Source: Candidatus Kaiserbacteria bacterium
Lineage (GTDB): Bacteria; Patescibacteriota; Minisyncoccia; Phycocordibacterales; JABAAK01
Direction of reading: 5' to 3'
DNA: 62,731 bases
Assembly (NCBI GenBank): GCA_028820405.1
Contig: JAPPJI010000001.1
Location: 1-62,731, forward strand
Of this stretch, positions 34,612 to 45,300 are shown one piece after another. Position 1 is the first letter of the stretch. Each line of letters starts with the position of its first letter. The position numbers and the translations under genes were made by a program. Below the pieces are notes generated by a model. The model was not told the origin of the DNA and made no database searches. It saw only the letters and a list, made by a program, of their open reading frames with translations.

Positions 34612-35031
34612 CTATGATTTCTTTTTCGCAGCAGTACCGGTCTTTTTCTTTGCAACTTTTTTCTTGACGACCTGTTTCTTTGCACTTTGCCGCTTCGTCT
34701 TCTTTTTCGCCGCCTCCTTTGTTTCTGTTACCGCAGCACCGTCGGCACGAGCAACCCGCTTCTTCTCTTTGCCGACACCGGCATATCCAATTCGCGTTTG
34801 CTTCTTACTCTTCTTGTCAAAGTATGAGACATTTGAAATTGCAATAGGCATTGCCCGTTTCTCCGTCGTCCCTTTTTCATTTCGAAGACGAGGCTTCATG
34901 TGCACCGTCTTCATATTGAGACCTTCAACAATAACCGTCTCCCGTTCCGGGACGACAGAGGAGACAACCCCCGTCTTACCCCGGTCAGATCCCTTCAAAA
35001 CAATAACAGTATCTCCTTTTCGTATCTTCAT
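34612..35031 (-). CDS. rplX: 50S ribosomal protein L24 with Lys/Ala-rich C-terminal tail
   Basis: KOW motif in MKIRKGDTVIVLKGSDRGKTGVV. About 50 aa of KKK-rich tail. Confidence 0.88.
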   Translation of the reverse strand: MKIRKGDTVIVLKGSDRGKTGVVSSVVPERETVIVEGLNMKTVHMKPRLRNEKGTTEKRAMPIAISNVSYFDKKSKKQTRIGYAGVGKEKKRVARADGAAVTETKEAAKKKTKRQSAKKQVVKKKVAKKKTGTAAKKKS

Positions 35032-35039
35032 ACACCTTG

Positions 35040-35411
35040 TTACACAACTTCCGGGGCCATGGAAACAACTCTTCGGTACCCCTTTGCATCCAGTTCTCGC
35101 GGCACCGGACCAAATATTCTTGTTGAGAGCGGCTCCTTCTTCTTTCGATCAACGATAACAACTGCATTCTCACTAAAAGAAATATACGAACCGTCTTTTC
35201 GACGGTATGGCTTTTTCTGCCGAACAACAACAGCATGCACAACCTGTTTCTTTTTCACTTCCTTTCGTGGCTCAGCTGTTTGCACCGAACAGGCGACTTC
35301 GTCACCAATGCGGGCATATCGACGGGCACTGCCGCCGAGCACTTTGAACACGCGAACAATACGCGCACCGGAGTTGTCAGTTACACGAACAATGGTTTGG
35401 GGCTGTATCAT
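35040..35411 (-). CDS. rplN: 50S ribosomal protein L14
   Basis: Sequence [21 protein letters not shown] overlap with the rpsQ stop. Confidence 0.9.
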   Translation of the reverse strand: MIQPQTIVRVTDNSGARIVRVFKVLGGSARRYARIGDEVACSVQTAEPRKEVKKKQVVHAVVVRQKKPYRRKDGSYISFSENAVVIVDRKKKEPLSTRIFGPVPRELDAKGYRRVVSMAPEVV

Positions 35412-35656
35412 ACGTCTTTCGGTAAAAGGCGAAACCGTTTCTCCTTTGAAATCGGTCGACATGCTTCAAAGGAAACAACGTCGCCGGGGTTGGCGATGCC
35501 GTCAGGGTCATGCACTTTATATCGTTTTGTCACCTGACGATACTTCCCGTATTGCGGGTGACGAACATATCGAGTCACCGCGACAATAGCGGTTTTCTGC
35601 ATAGGAGACGCGACAACAGATCCTTTGAATACTTTTTTCTTTGTTTCTTTTTCCAT
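35408..35656 (-). CDS. rpsQ: 30S ribosomal protein S17
   Basis: Sequence [32 protein letters not shown] with the operon position. Confidence 0.88.
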   Translation of the reverse strand: MEKETKKKVFKGSVVASPMQKTAIVAVTRYVRHPQYGKYRQVTKRYKVHDPDGIANPGDVVSFEACRPISKEKRFRLLPKDV

Positions 35657-35662
35657 ACCATC

Positions 35663-35911
35663 CTACACCTTTGCCTTTGAAGGTGTCTCTTTGCCCGTAT
35701 CATCCACTATTTCTTTCTCTTTGGCAACGGTCGTTACTTGGGAGAGGGCAGCAGAAATGCGGGCAATCTTCTTTCGCAATAATTGACGTTTCTTCACATC
35801 TGTGCCGGAACGAGGCGGACGAAGCATCGCATTGCAGAGATCTTTTCGGGCAGACCGAAGACTATCAAGCAACTCACTTCGTTTCTTTGTGGTATATACT
35901 TCCTTTTTCAT
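35663..35911 (-). CDS. rpmC: 50S ribosomal protein L29
   Basis: Position between rplP and rpsQ. Helical basic protein; ELLDSLRSARKDL resembles L29. Confidence 0.8.
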   Translation of the reverse strand: MKKEVYTTKKRSELLDSLRSARKDLCNAMLRPPRSGTDVKKRQLLRKKIARISAALSQVTTVAKEKEIVDDTGKETPSKAKV

Positions 35912-36333
35912 ACGTCACTTCGTGTTACAAACTTCACCCGTACCGGCAGTTTTCTGCCTGCCTTAGCCATCGCTTCTCGTGCAACGGGAACAGACACACC
36001 GGAAACTTCAAAGAGGACGTGTCCGGGAAACACCTGCACTTCAAATCCTTGCGGATCTCCTTTCCCTTTCCCCATACCCGTCTCTGCAGCCTTCTGTGTC
36101 CAAGGACGATCGGGAAAGATTCGAATCCAAACACGCCCTTCTTTACCAAGTGTCCGGGCAATAACACGACGAGCTGCTTCAATCTGGTTTGATCGAATGC
36201 GGGCTGCTGATAGTGTTTTGACACCGCAGGTACCGAAGTTGAGTGTTGCCCCGCGACTTGCGTTTCGCATAGTATCTCTCTTTCGTCGTGCACGCTGGAA
36301 ACGTCGATATTTTACTTTCTTTGGAAACAACAT
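35908..36333 (-). CDS. rplP: 50S ribosomal protein L16
   Basis: Sequence MLFPKKVKYRRFQR...IEAARRVI...RIFPD.P.T.K..E.RMGKGKG. Confidence 0.9.
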   Translation of the reverse strand: MLFPKKVKYRRFQRARRKRDTMRNASRGATLNFGTCGVKTLSAARIRSNQIEAARRVIARTLGKEGRVWIRIFPDRPWTQKAAETGMGKGKGDPQGFEVQVFPGHVLFEVSGVSVPVAREAMAKAGRKLPVRVKFVTRSDV

Positions 36334-36336
36334 AGG

Positions 36337-36990
36337 CTATGCTTTCTCAATCTCCCCTTTATAGATCCACACCTTCACCCCCAGTGTTCCGTACGACAGA
36401 ACAGCATTTCGATGTGCATAGTCAACATCAGCACGAAGCGTTTGTAACGGCACCTGTCCTTCACGCACTTTCTCAACACGGGCGATTTCAGCACCGCCAA
36501 GTCTGCCGGAGATGACGACCCGACAGCCGAGAACATCACGGCTTGCGATAACTTTCTCAACGGTATGCTTCATTAGCCGTCGGTAGTGCATGTTTCGTTT
36601 CAGGGAGTCGACAACGGAATCAGCAACCAGCCCGGCATCCTGATCAACGTACCGCACCTCTTCAACACGAATCTTCACCTGTCCGTTGAGTCCGTGTCTT
36701 CGGGTGAATCGTTTTACCCGATCGATGAGGGCCTCGATACCAACACCATCGCGACCGATGATGAGACCGGGGCGGGCAGTTTTAATAGTCACTTGCAATT
36801 CATCACGGTCACGTTCAAAAATCATTTCACTTACCGCTTTATCAGCGAGCTCTTTGTCAAGAAAGGTGCGAATGAGGTGGTCTTCACGCAAGAGGGCACG
36901 GTATTGTTTCCTGCTTCCGGAGAACCAGTGAGATCGCCAATCTCTCGTTATGCCGAGACGAAATCCGTATGGGTGTACTACATGCGTCAT
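36337..36990 (-). CDS. rpsC: 30S ribosomal protein S3
   Basis: Sequence HPYGFRLGITRDWRSHWF, KH domain, GRLGGAEIAR. Confidence 0.9.
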   Translation of the reverse strand: MTHVVHPYGFRLGITRDWRSHWFSGSRKQYRALLREDHLIRTFLDKELADKAVSEMIFERDRDELQVTIKTARPGLIIGRDGVGIEALIDRVKRFTRRHGLNGQVKIRVEEVRYVDQDAGLVADSVVDSLKRNMHYRRLMKHTVEKVIASRDVLGCRVVISGRLGGAEIARVEKVREGQVPLQTLRADVDYAHRNAVLSYGTLGVKVWIYKGEIEKA

Positions 36991-37310
36991 ACTGTTTTTT
37001 GTTCCTCAAGGGTAACATGCACTGTGCTTGTCCGCCGAACGTTTGGCGTTGCCCTTCCAAACGCACGCGGTCGATATCGCTTCATTACGATCCCCTGGTT
37101 CACAATCACTGATCTCACGACCATATCTTCCGCTCGCTTTCCTGCATTTGTGACTGCGGAACGAATGAGCTTACTAATCGGCTCAGATATCTTCTTGTCA
37201 ATAACCTGCAACAGTGCGAGTGCCTGCGGGACTTGCTTACCGAGCACCTCGCGGGTAACAAGGCGGACTTTTCGCGGCGGCTGTCGATAGTTTTTAAGAG
37301 TTGCTTTCAT
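36987..37310 (-). CDS. rplV: 50S ribosomal protein L22
   Basis: Position, plus PRKVRLVTREVLGK and RPRAFGRATPNVRRTSTVHVTL. Confidence 0.88.
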   Translation of the reverse strand: MKATLKNYRQPPRKVRLVTREVLGKQVPQALALLQVIDKKISEPISKLIRSAVTNAGKRAEDMVVRSVIVNQGIVMKRYRPRAFGRATPNVRRTSTVHVTLEEQKTV

Positions 37311-37313
37311 ACG

Positions 37314-37646
37314 CTACATTGTTGTTTCTTTTGCAGACCGTGCCGCTGCGATTTCTGCCTGCTTCTGTTCCTCTTCGGTCGCCTTTTGCAGTCGACCACC
37401 GTGCCCGGGAAATCGTTTTGTTGCAACAAATTCGCCAAACCTGTGTCCGACCATTTCTTCACTAACCACAATATCAGTATGCGTCTTTCCGTTGTGGACG
37501 CTGAAAGTGAAGCCGATCATCTCCGGGGCTATCTGACTCCGACGAGCCCATGTTTTGATAGGAGGGGTATCACCGGGGCTTTTGCCGGCTATTTTCTTCA
37601 TAAGTTTCCAGTCAACAAATGGACCTTTTCGGACAGACCGTGTCAT
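37314..37646 (-). CDS. rpsS: 30S ribosomal protein S19 with C-terminal extension
   Basis: Sequence MTRSVRKGPFVD...GFTFSVHNGKTH..I.V.EEMVGHRFGEFVATKRF.GH. Confidence 0.9.
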   Translation of the reverse strand: MTRSVRKGPFVDWKLMKKIAGKSPGDTPPIKTWARRSQIAPEMIGFTFSVHNGKTHTDIVVSEEMVGHRFGEFVATKRFPGHGGRLQKATEEEQKQAEIAAARSAKETTM

Positions 37647-37687
37647 ATAGTGGTATGGTATCTAAAATTGCATAACAGGTCAAACAG

Positions 37688-38536
37688 CTAACGTCGCTTT
37701 CCGACCGGACGTCGACGAACGATGTGAGCGTTTGAATATCGTGACGGTGACCGCGTCTTCTGCTGCTTGCCGGACGGCTTTCCCCATTTTGTCACTGCAC
37801 GACGACGACCGCGACCCTGACGACCTTCACCGCCTCCGTGCGGGTGATCAACCGCGTTCATCGCGTTACCCCGAACAACCGGTCGCCGTCCCATCCACCG
37901 CTTTCGACCCGCTTTTCCGATAACACGAAGGTGGTGTCCTTTGTTTGAAACAGATCCGACAGAGGCAAAACAGGTCACCGGCACCTTTCGAATTTCCTGA
38001 GACGGCATCTTAATGTGGGCAAATGAACCGTCATGACCGAGCAGGGTTGCAGCACTACCGGCCGATCGGGCGAGGATTGCCCCGCCATCCTTTTTCAATT
38101 CAACATTGTATACATCAGTACCGACCGGAATATGCTGGATCATAAGACGGTTGCCCGGGCGGAGCGGAGCTCGTTCTGACGTGACAATTTCAGTACCGAC
38201 CTTGACTCCGTCCGGTGTCAGCAAATACCGACGCTCACCGTCTCGGTAGCAGACGAGTGAAATGAATGAAGATCGATTTGGATCATATTCAACCGTTTCA
38301 ATAACACCCGGTATGTCACGCTTTTCCAGCCGAAAATCAACAGAACGGTACCGACGTTTCTGACCGCCTCCACGATGCCGCACGGTGATACGTCCGGCAT
38401 TGTTGCGGCCAACTGACCGACGCATACCTGCAGTCAGCGGTCGAAACGGATTGCTGCCGCTGAGCAAACGCCGATAGAGCGGTATTGTGGTACCGCGCTG
38501 TCCAGGTGTCCTTGGTTTATATTTCTTCATCGCCAT
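37688..38536 (-). CDS. rplB: 50S ribosomal protein L2
   Basis: Sequence GRNNAGRITVRHRGGG.KR.YR..DF and NAVDHPHGGGEG. Confidence 0.92.
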   Translation of the reverse strand: MAMKKYKPRTPGQRGTTIPLYRRLLSGSNPFRPLTAGMRRSVGRNNAGRITVRHRGGGQKRRYRSVDFRLEKRDIPGVIETVEYDPNRSSFISLVCYRDGERRYLLTPDGVKVGTEIVTSERAPLRPGNRLMIQHIPVGTDVYNVELKKDGGAILARSAGSAATLLGHDGSFAHIKMPSQEIRKVPVTCFASVGSVSNKGHHLRVIGKAGRKRWMGRRPVVRGNAMNAVDHPHGGGEGRQGRGRRRAVTKWGKPSGKQQKTRSPSRYSNAHIVRRRPVGKRR

Positions 38537-38544
38537 ACATTCTG

Positions 38545-39018
38545 TTATACAAGACTGATAGTGTCACCGGGTTTCAAGACAACATACGCCTTTTTCCTTG
38601 ACGCGGTGAACCCGTATCGTTGCTGTCGCTGATTTTGGGTACGAACCTGTTTCCGACGAGACGGTCGCCTTGCTATGCGAACTGATCGAGGACGGACCCC
38701 ATACACCGCTTCAACTGCCTGTGCGACAGAAAACTTGTCCGCTCGATCATGCACAAGAAATGTGTACACTCCTTTTTCAGACAAGTCGGCCGCCTTTTCA
38801 GTGACGACAGGACGGGAGAGGATGCGGTATGACGACAGACGATCCGCTGCGGGAATCCCTTCCTGTTTTTGGTACGATCGATGTATGTGTGACAGACGCC
38901 TGGTCCGACGCATTGAACTCGACCGCTTGGCTCGCACCGGTTTTACCGATACCGGTACTGCACCTTTTGCGTCTTCTTTGTCGTCATCGCCTTTTTTAAA
39001 TAGTGTGGGGAAAATCAT
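38545..39018 (-). CDS. rplW: 50S ribosomal protein L23 with an N-terminal extension of about 60 aa
   Basis: Core ILSRPVVTEKAADLSEKGVYTFLVHDRADKFSVAQAVEAVYGV. The ATGA overlap with rplD supports the upstream start. Confidence 0.85.
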   Translation of the reverse strand: MIFPTLFKKGDDDKEDAKGAVPVSVKPVRAKRSSSMRRTRRLSHIHRSYQKQEGIPAADRLSSYRILSRPVVTEKAADLSEKGVYTFLVHDRADKFSVAQAVEAVYGVRPRSVRIARRPSRRKQVRTQNQRQQRYGFTASRKKAYVVLKPGDTISLV

Positions 39019-39701
39019 ACGCGTGATGAAACAGGTTTCTTTGCTCGTGTTGATCGCTCTTCAAGACCGGAAAGTGTTTTTTCCGGATCAACAAAGACAA
39101 TCTTGTTCGGAAGAAGAATGTCTCGTGCGTGCACTGTTGCGAGTGACGCGGTTGCAATGCCAGGAATGTTCGCAAAACTCCTGAGGACCGCTTCATTTTT
39201 CTCGGCAAACACAAACAAACATCGATGCTTCGGTCCTTTATCCGGGCAAACGTGATCAACCAACGTCGCCGCAGTTTTTGTCGAAGGTTTTTCAAGTGAC
39301 AGGTCACTGAGAAACACGATTGATTCACTGCGAGATCGCTCTGAAAGGGCAATAAAGAATGCCTTTGCCCGTACTTTTCTATTAAGGGAAACACGGTAAT
39401 CTTTCTCCGCAGACGGACCGAAGGTAACACCACCACCAACCCACAACGGCGATCTGATGGATCCGTGCCGTGCACGCCCGGTTCCTTTCTGTCGCCATGG
39501 CTTGCGACCGCCGCCGCGAACCTCTGACCGACCTTTCGTGTGTGCAGTCATTGATCGACGGTTGTGCTCAAAACTTGTCACCGCTTGGTGCATGAGTGTT
39601 GGTGACCACGGAAGTGCAAAGAGATGTTCAGGAAGATCTACGGTCCCCCGCTCTTTCCCGTCCTGCGTATAAAGTGGTGCTGTGAGACTTGTCTTATTCA
39701 T
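39015..39701 (-). CDS. rplD: 50S ribosomal protein L4
   Basis: Sequence AHTKGRSEVRGGGRKPWRQKGTGRARHGSIRSPLWVGGG. Confidence 0.9.
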   Translation of the reverse strand: MNKTSLTAPLYTQDGKERGTVDLPEHLFALPWSPTLMHQAVTSFEHNRRSMTAHTKGRSEVRGGGRKPWRQKGTGRARHGSIRSPLWVGGGVTFGPSAEKDYRVSLNRKVRAKAFFIALSERSRSESIVFLSDLSLEKPSTKTAATLVDHVCPDKGPKHRCLFVFAEKNEAVLRSFANIPGIATASLATVHARDILLPNKIVFVDPEKTLSGLEERSTRAKKPVSSRV

Positions 39702-40261
39702 ACACCTTGAACCGTAACTAATGTTCCGCGTCGTCCCGGTATTGACCCATGCAGGAGAAGAAGACCTCGCTCTTTGTCGACCGAGATAACTCGAGTCCCC
39801 TTTATCGTTACCTGCTGACCGCCGGTACGACCGGCCATTCTTGTCCCCTTCGGAACACGGCTCCGGAGACCGGATCCGATAGATCCTGGCTGCCGCTCGT
39901 TATGCTTCTGACCGTGGGATCGAGGACCACCATGAAATCCGTGCCGACGAACGACACCCTGAAACCCTTTTCCCTTTGCCTGAGCACTCACCCGAACAAC
40001 GTCACCGGGACCGAATACGTCAGTGCCTGAGATCGCCTGGTTCATCTCATAGTCTGACGTGTCCCCACGAAATTCTCTATGCCCGGCCTGCTTTTTTGAC
40101 TGGGGATATGAAACCTGCACCGCACTGTATCCGTCTTTCTCTTCACTCCGGAGGAGAGAAACATTCAGCGGCTCAAGCGAAATGACCGTTACCGGCTGCA
40201 CGACACCGTCGTCGTCAAACAGTTGGGTCATTTGTAGTTTTCTTCCGATGATGAATTTCAT
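39698..40261 (-). CDS. rplC: 50S ribosomal protein L3
   Basis: Sequence MKFIIGRKLQMTQLFDDDG and GKGFQGVVRRHGFHGGPRSHG. Confidence 0.9.
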   Translation of the reverse strand: MKFIIGRKLQMTQLFDDDGVVQPVTVISLEPLNVSLLRSEEKDGYSAVQVSYPQSKKQAGHREFRGDTSDYEMNQAISGTDVFGPGDVVRVSAQAKGKGFQGVVRRHGFHGGPRSHGQKHNERQPGSIGSGLRSRVPKGTRMAGRTGGQQVTIKGTRVISVDKERGLLLLHGSIPGRRGTLVTVQGV

Positions 40262-40278
40262 AGGTTATTCCCACACCC

Positions 40279-40623
40279 TCACGACAACATCTGTGCCTCA
40301 ATAGAAACACCGGCTGGCAACGAAAGATTGCTCAGCGCTTCAATCACCTGTGGTGATGGTTGTTCAATATCAAGGAGTCGCATGTGCGTTCGCATTTCAA
40401 ATTGTTCCTGCGATGTCTTCGCGACAAATGATGCCCGATTGACCGAGTGTTTTTTGATTTTCGTCGGCAGTGGGATTGGTCCGACAACGCTTGTTTCAAG
40501 GCGGGATGCCGTCTCAATTATCTGCTTCACCGACGAATCAAGAACACGAGGTTCGTATGCTTGCACACGCATGCGAAGCGTATGCACACCAGACTTTTTT
40601 GTAGTCTTAGGTTGACTTGCCAT
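40279..40623 (-). CDS. rpsJ: 30S ribosomal protein S10
   Basis: Sequence LRMRVQAYEPRVLD...GPIPLPTK...FEMRTHMRLLDI. Confidence 0.9.
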   Translation of the reverse strand: MASQPKTTKKSGVHTLRMRVQAYEPRVLDSSVKQIIETASRLETSVVGPIPLPTKIKKHSVNRASFVAKTSQEQFEMRTHMRLLDIEQPSPQVIEALSNLSLPAGVSIEAQMLS

Positions 40624-40644
40624 ACGTTGATACCGTTATGGTAG

Positions 40645-41835
40645 TTAGGAGATAATCTTTGTTACCACACCGGCACCGACCGTACGACCACCTTCGCGAA
40701 TCGCGAATCGCTGTTGCTCTTCAAGTGCAACAGGACTGATGAGAGAAACGGTTACGTTGATCGTGTCGCCTGGCATTGCCATCTTCACGTCTTCCGCAAG
40801 CTTCAGCTCACCGGTCACGTCAGTTGTTCGAATGTAGAACTGCGGTTTGTAGCCACCGACAATCGGTGTGTGACGACCTCCCTCGTCTTTCGAGAGGATG
40901 TACACTTCGGCTTCAAATTCTTTGTGCGGTGTTACCGATCCGGTAGCGGCAAGCACCTGACCTCGGTGAATATCTTCTTTCTTCACACCCCGAAGCAGCA
41001 CGCCGGCGTTGTCACCGGCACGACCTTCATCGAGTTCCTTATTGAACATTTCAATACCGGTCACCGTTGTCTTCTCTGTGTCCTTAATACCGACAATTTC
41101 AATCTCTTCACCAACTTTTACAATTCCCCGCTCAATCTTACCCGTCACCACTGATCCTCGACCTTCAATAGAGAAAATGTCTTCAATCGGCATGAGGAAC
41201 GGCTTATCCGTGTCTCGCTTCGGCTCCGGGAAGAAGGTATCCATCGCATCAACGAGCTCAATAATCTTCTTTCCTTCCTCACCGGTCGGGTCCTCGAGCG
41301 CCTTCAGGGCGGATCCTCGAATAACGGGAGCATTGTCACCGTCAAACTCATATTTGCTCAAGAGTTCTCGCATCTCAGCTTCAACAAGGTCAATAATCTC
41401 AGGATCATCAACCATGTCACACTTGTTAATAAAGACGATAAGATTCGGCACACCGACCTGTCTTGCAAGCAGGATGTGCTCACGGGTTTGTGGCATTGCC
41501 CCGTCAGTTGCGGCGACAACAATAACCGCACCGTCCATCTGTGCGGCACCCGTAATCATGTTTTTAATATAGTCAGCGTGACCGGGAGCGTCGACGTGTG
41601 CGTAGTGTCGCTTCGGTGTCTCATACTCATTGTGCGAAAGCGCAATGGTAATACCACGAGCTTTTTCTTCCGGCGCGTTGTCAATACCTTCAACGTCCTT
41701 GACGCGAGCACCATATCCTTCTGTGTTATTCAACACATTGAGGATAGACGCCGTCAACGTCGTTTTTCCGTGGTCAACGTGACCAATAGTCCCCACGTTT
41801 ACGTGAGGTTTGCTTCTATCAAATGCTTCTGCCAT
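40645..41835 (-). CDS. tuf: elongation factor Tu
   Basis: Start at ATG 41835: [29 protein letters not shown], then DAPGHADY and NKCD. The 30-aa track extension was rejected. Confidence 0.93.
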   Translation of the reverse strand: MAEAFDRSKPHVNVGTIGHVDHGKTTLTASILNVLNNTEGYGARVKDVEGIDNAPEEKARGITIALSHNEYETPKRHYAHVDAPGHADYIKNMITGAAQMDGAVIVVAATDGAMPQTREHILLARQVGVPNLIVFINKCDMVDDPEIIDLVEAEMRELLSKYEFDGDNAPVIRGSALKALEDPTGEEGKKIIELVDAMDTFFPEPKRDTDKPFLMPIEDIFSIEGRGSVVTGKIERGIVKVGEEIEIVGIKDTEKTTVTGIEMFNKELDEGRAGDNAGVLLRGVKKEDIHRGQVLAATGSVTPHKEFEAEVYILSKDEGGRHTPIVGGYKPQFYIRTTDVTGELKLAEDVKMAMPGDTINVTVSLISPVALEEQQRFAIREGGRTVGAGVVTKIIS

Positions 41836-41994
41836 ATCGTATGTTTTTTGTAGGGTGATAATGATGCATTCAAGGGTTTTTCGCCTGATACAAAACAACA
41901 GACCATTGCTTACCGCAATGTGCAAAAAAGAGCCACATGCAATGTCGCTTTCACGACAATGGGTATAGTAAACCGAAACGGGAAAGATGGCAAG

Positions 41995-42306
41995 TTAGGC
42001 AATTACTGCTTCAGCCTTTTCTGCGTACTCGTTCTTGATCTTGAGCACTTCTTTTTCCAACAGTGCAGACAGGTCAATCCCTTTTCCTGAGAGCAGTTTG
42101 ACAACTCCCTCACCGTCCTGTTGTTCAAAAAACCCTACAAGCATTTCCTGTTCACTCTCGTCAAGCTGTTTAAGTATTTCTGTCAATGCACGTGTCTCAA
42201 CAATTGCAACCGCTTTACTAAGAATCTCATCTCGAACATCTTCAGGTGAGTTCTCAATACCGAGTACTTCACCAAGACCCATCTTTTCAACTTCTTCCGT
42301 TAACAT
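41995..42306 (-). CDS. small acidic helical hypothetical protein (103 aa)
   Basis: Start at ATG 42306 (MLTEEVEKMGLGEV) with a TATACT -10 located 6 nt upstream. Track start 42327 is a TTG. No family recognised. Confidence 0.55.
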   Translation of the reverse strand: MLTEEVEKMGLGEVLGIENSPEDVRDEILSKAVAIVETRALTEILKQLDESEQEMLVGFFEQQDGEGVVKLLSGKGIDLSALLEKEVLKIKNEYAEKAEAVIA

Positions 42307-42312
42307 ATTTTT

Positions 42313-42318
42313 AGTATA
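42313..42318 (-). promoter_or_regulatory. -10 TATACT 6 nt upstream of ATG 42306
   Basis: The reverse complement of 42313..42318 is TATACT. Confidence 0.35.
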
Positions 42319-42359
42319 CGTCGGCAAAGTGCCAAAGAAAAGAAGTTATACACACCTTG

Positions 42360-45300
42360 TTAAAGTGCGGCAAACCTGCTGATATCAGCACTGCCGAGGA
42401 TAATTTCCCCTGCGGTTGACGACTGTCTGACAAGGTTGAAATATTTACCGCCACCACTAACCGTAGCTCCCTCTGCCTTCTGAAGAATAGAAATAATTCC
42501 CTGAGGGTCCTGTCGTTCTTCGACAATGCTCTTGGCAAGTTCCGGAACAGCTTCATTCATAAGGGTAGCGTTTCCGGCGTGATCAAGCATTGCGATTTTA
42601 AGCACGGATTCAACAGCAGCAACAAGACTCACCGGAACTTCACCGTCACCTTTCAGGTCAAACAAGTCTTTCTTCTCCTCGGAAACAGATGTTATGAATC
42701 GCTCCACCATAGATTCATCGGGACGGCTAAACGAAATACCGTTTGCAGCCTTACCTTCACCGAGGTCAATAACCAGTGTTTCTATTGACCCATCACTGCC
42801 CCGGACCACATCCGCGGACGCCGGCAGTGAAGCGAGGCGATCGGACCATCCGGACTCACTGCTAAACCACGGCTTGAAGTCGGCAAGTGAAACATTCTCA
42901 AGTGACGTTCCTCCTTTCTGGAAACTCACCGTTACGTCACCAAGATCATTACCGGCAACTTCCTGTAAGATTGCAGCAAATTCTTCTGAATCGGCAGAAA
43001 ATCCTTCCTCAGGTTCTGAGAGATCCGCCGCTGGTTCCTGATCGGGAGCCGGGGACGACACTGTCTCATCGATACCTGCCATGGATTGATCTGACATCTC
43101 TTCATCCATTTTTTGATTCGGCATGACCTCACTCTGATTCTGTTCTGCAGCTGCAGTATCGGGCTGAGAAGGTGTTGCCTCGCTCTCTGCCGGCGATACG
43201 CCCTCTGTGCCGGAAAGGAATTCCTGAACTGCCTGTTTGTTTATCGTATCCCCGATTTCAATATAGTTAGGAGCATCACCGAGATTTCTCACGTCAGCAC
43301 GCATGCCAAACTCCTTGAGCCGTGCTATCTTTTCCTTCGCGCTGAGCTGTGACCACTTCTGCACAAACGAAGATTGCTGTTCAGGTTCGTATTCAAGAAT
43401 GGTGAACAATCTGTCTCCTTTTTGAACCGTATGCAAGTCAGCAGACAGCTCTGCTTCGTGACCTTCTGCCTCAGGTTTTCCACTGTCAGAAATCTCCACC
43501 TTATTCTCCGGAGCGGATGTTGTGTCAGGCGTCTCGACGCCGGACAGTGCACTGTAGAGGTCTTGCGCCTGATCCCGAAGAACGAAACCGGCCGCACCTC
43601 CGATGACGGCACCGAACAAAAAGGCCTTCTGTCGTTTTGAAACACCTTTCTTCCTGAATGCTACTTCCCGCCTATGATCAACTGATTCAACAAGGTCAAG
43701 GAACTTCTGCACCCGATCAGCATTGTTGAGGTCGTTTTTCGCAGCTTCTACCTTGAGGTTAATTTCTTGCTGCAACAAATGTTGATATATAGACTCAAGA
43801 CGAACGTATGCCGGTTTCTGCAAGAATCTCTCTACGTCACCACCCTGCTGTCTTACAAACGCAAGGTAATCGTTACGAAGTGTCATGACCTCGGCAAACG
43901 TACCTCCTCGGACACTCTTCTGGTTTTCAAATGTTTCCAAGAAATTTTCTAATTTCTGCTCCTCTGCCTTTTCTTCTCTCGTTGCAACAAAACTCTCAGC
44001 TGTTATACCGCCGCCGACAGCACCAAGTCCTGCAGTCCATGCAATGAAGGCAGGACTCCCAACGGCACCGGTGCCAAAACCGAGGAGAGCGGTAATGACA
44101 TTACGAACCGATGCCTGTCGTGCCATGAACTTGAGAATCCCTGCAGTTTTTCCTTTCCTGGCGTCGATGCGGTGACGCACACCAAGCACGTTCTTGTCAT
44201 ATAGATTCATCTCAGAAAACGATTGGTATGCCTGTTTCAGTTTCTCTGTAAAGGATGCCTGCTCCAGTTCACTCTGGGCATCCGAAAGATCTTTATCAAG
44301 CATGTCAACGATTTCTTCTTCAACATGATCTATCCGCTCTTTTTTGTCCTTGAGCTGTTCAATCTCTTCTTCAGTCTTACTCCTATTCGTCTCATACTCC
44401 TGCATCATGTCGCTCACGTGTAACGCTTTTCTTTCAGCATCCTCAAGTATGTGCCGTGACTTCTCAACAGCTTCTTCCTCACCGCCGCTCTCAGCACCTT
44501 CTTCTTTTATTCGATCAATGAGATCCTTTGTAGCCACTTGCCGCTGTTCCCAATCAGCCTCTCGCTCGTGGAGAACGGCAGTCTTCTCCTTCACGGCAAT
44601 AGCCTCAGGCTCAAGCAGTGTCTGTGCAGTTTGCTCAACCGTCATTTGAGAGTTAAGATCAACACCTTCCTGTCCGGCTTTTTCTTGGATATCAGCAATT
44701 TCTTTTTCAATGTCAGCGATTTCTTTCTGAGACATCTCTCTGGATTCAGCGAGAGCCTTTTCGGCACGTGCCAGCCGATCTGCTGACTCCTTGTCACTGT
44801 CTTGACCTTCTTTTTCTGTGTTCTGAAGGACTTCCCGAGCAACCCTCGCCTCCTCTTCTTGATCAGCTAGCACCTGACCCCACTTCGCGTCACATCCTAA
44901 AAGGGCAGTTGTCTTTTCGTTGTTCGCAACAATGAGCGGGTGCAGTACCGTGAACACGCGCCGCTGGTTCGGACTGACGTTAACTTGTTCAGCTTCTCTT
45001 TGAACACGGGCAAGCTCCTGTCGAGCCTTTTCGATATCACGCTGCGCCTCCCGTTGAATGTTCGCAAGTTTTTGCTCAGCCTGTTCAAGATCTTGCTGTC
45101 GTTTCTTTTCCTGGTTCAGCACTTCTTGCTTTTTCTCAAAATCCTCCCTTGCAGTCGCAACCGCTGTCAGAGCACTTTCATGCTGAGCCTGGAGATCGCC
45201 GTGTGCTCGGGCAAGGTATGAGAGCTCCTGTTCTGCCCGTGACAGAGATTTCTCTACCTGCTTCAGCTGCTCCTTTCTGGCAACTTCTGCCGTACTCTGA

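Noticed and set aside
41836-41925. Upstream extensions of tuf (to 41925), secY (to 31427), groEL (to 59110), rplR (to 32823), rplN (to 35462), adk (to 30002) and clpB (to 19204)
   Set aside because: The extensions overlap the preceding gene or add non-conserved residues ahead of canonical N-termini. In every case an internal ATG gives the textbook start.
43300-43460. LysM domain in the C-terminal part of the 1257-aa protein
   Set aside because: Only a short HTVQKGDRLFTIL-like stretch resembles LysM, and the rest of the approximately 45-aa LysM consensus is not evident. I kept it as a weak remark only.
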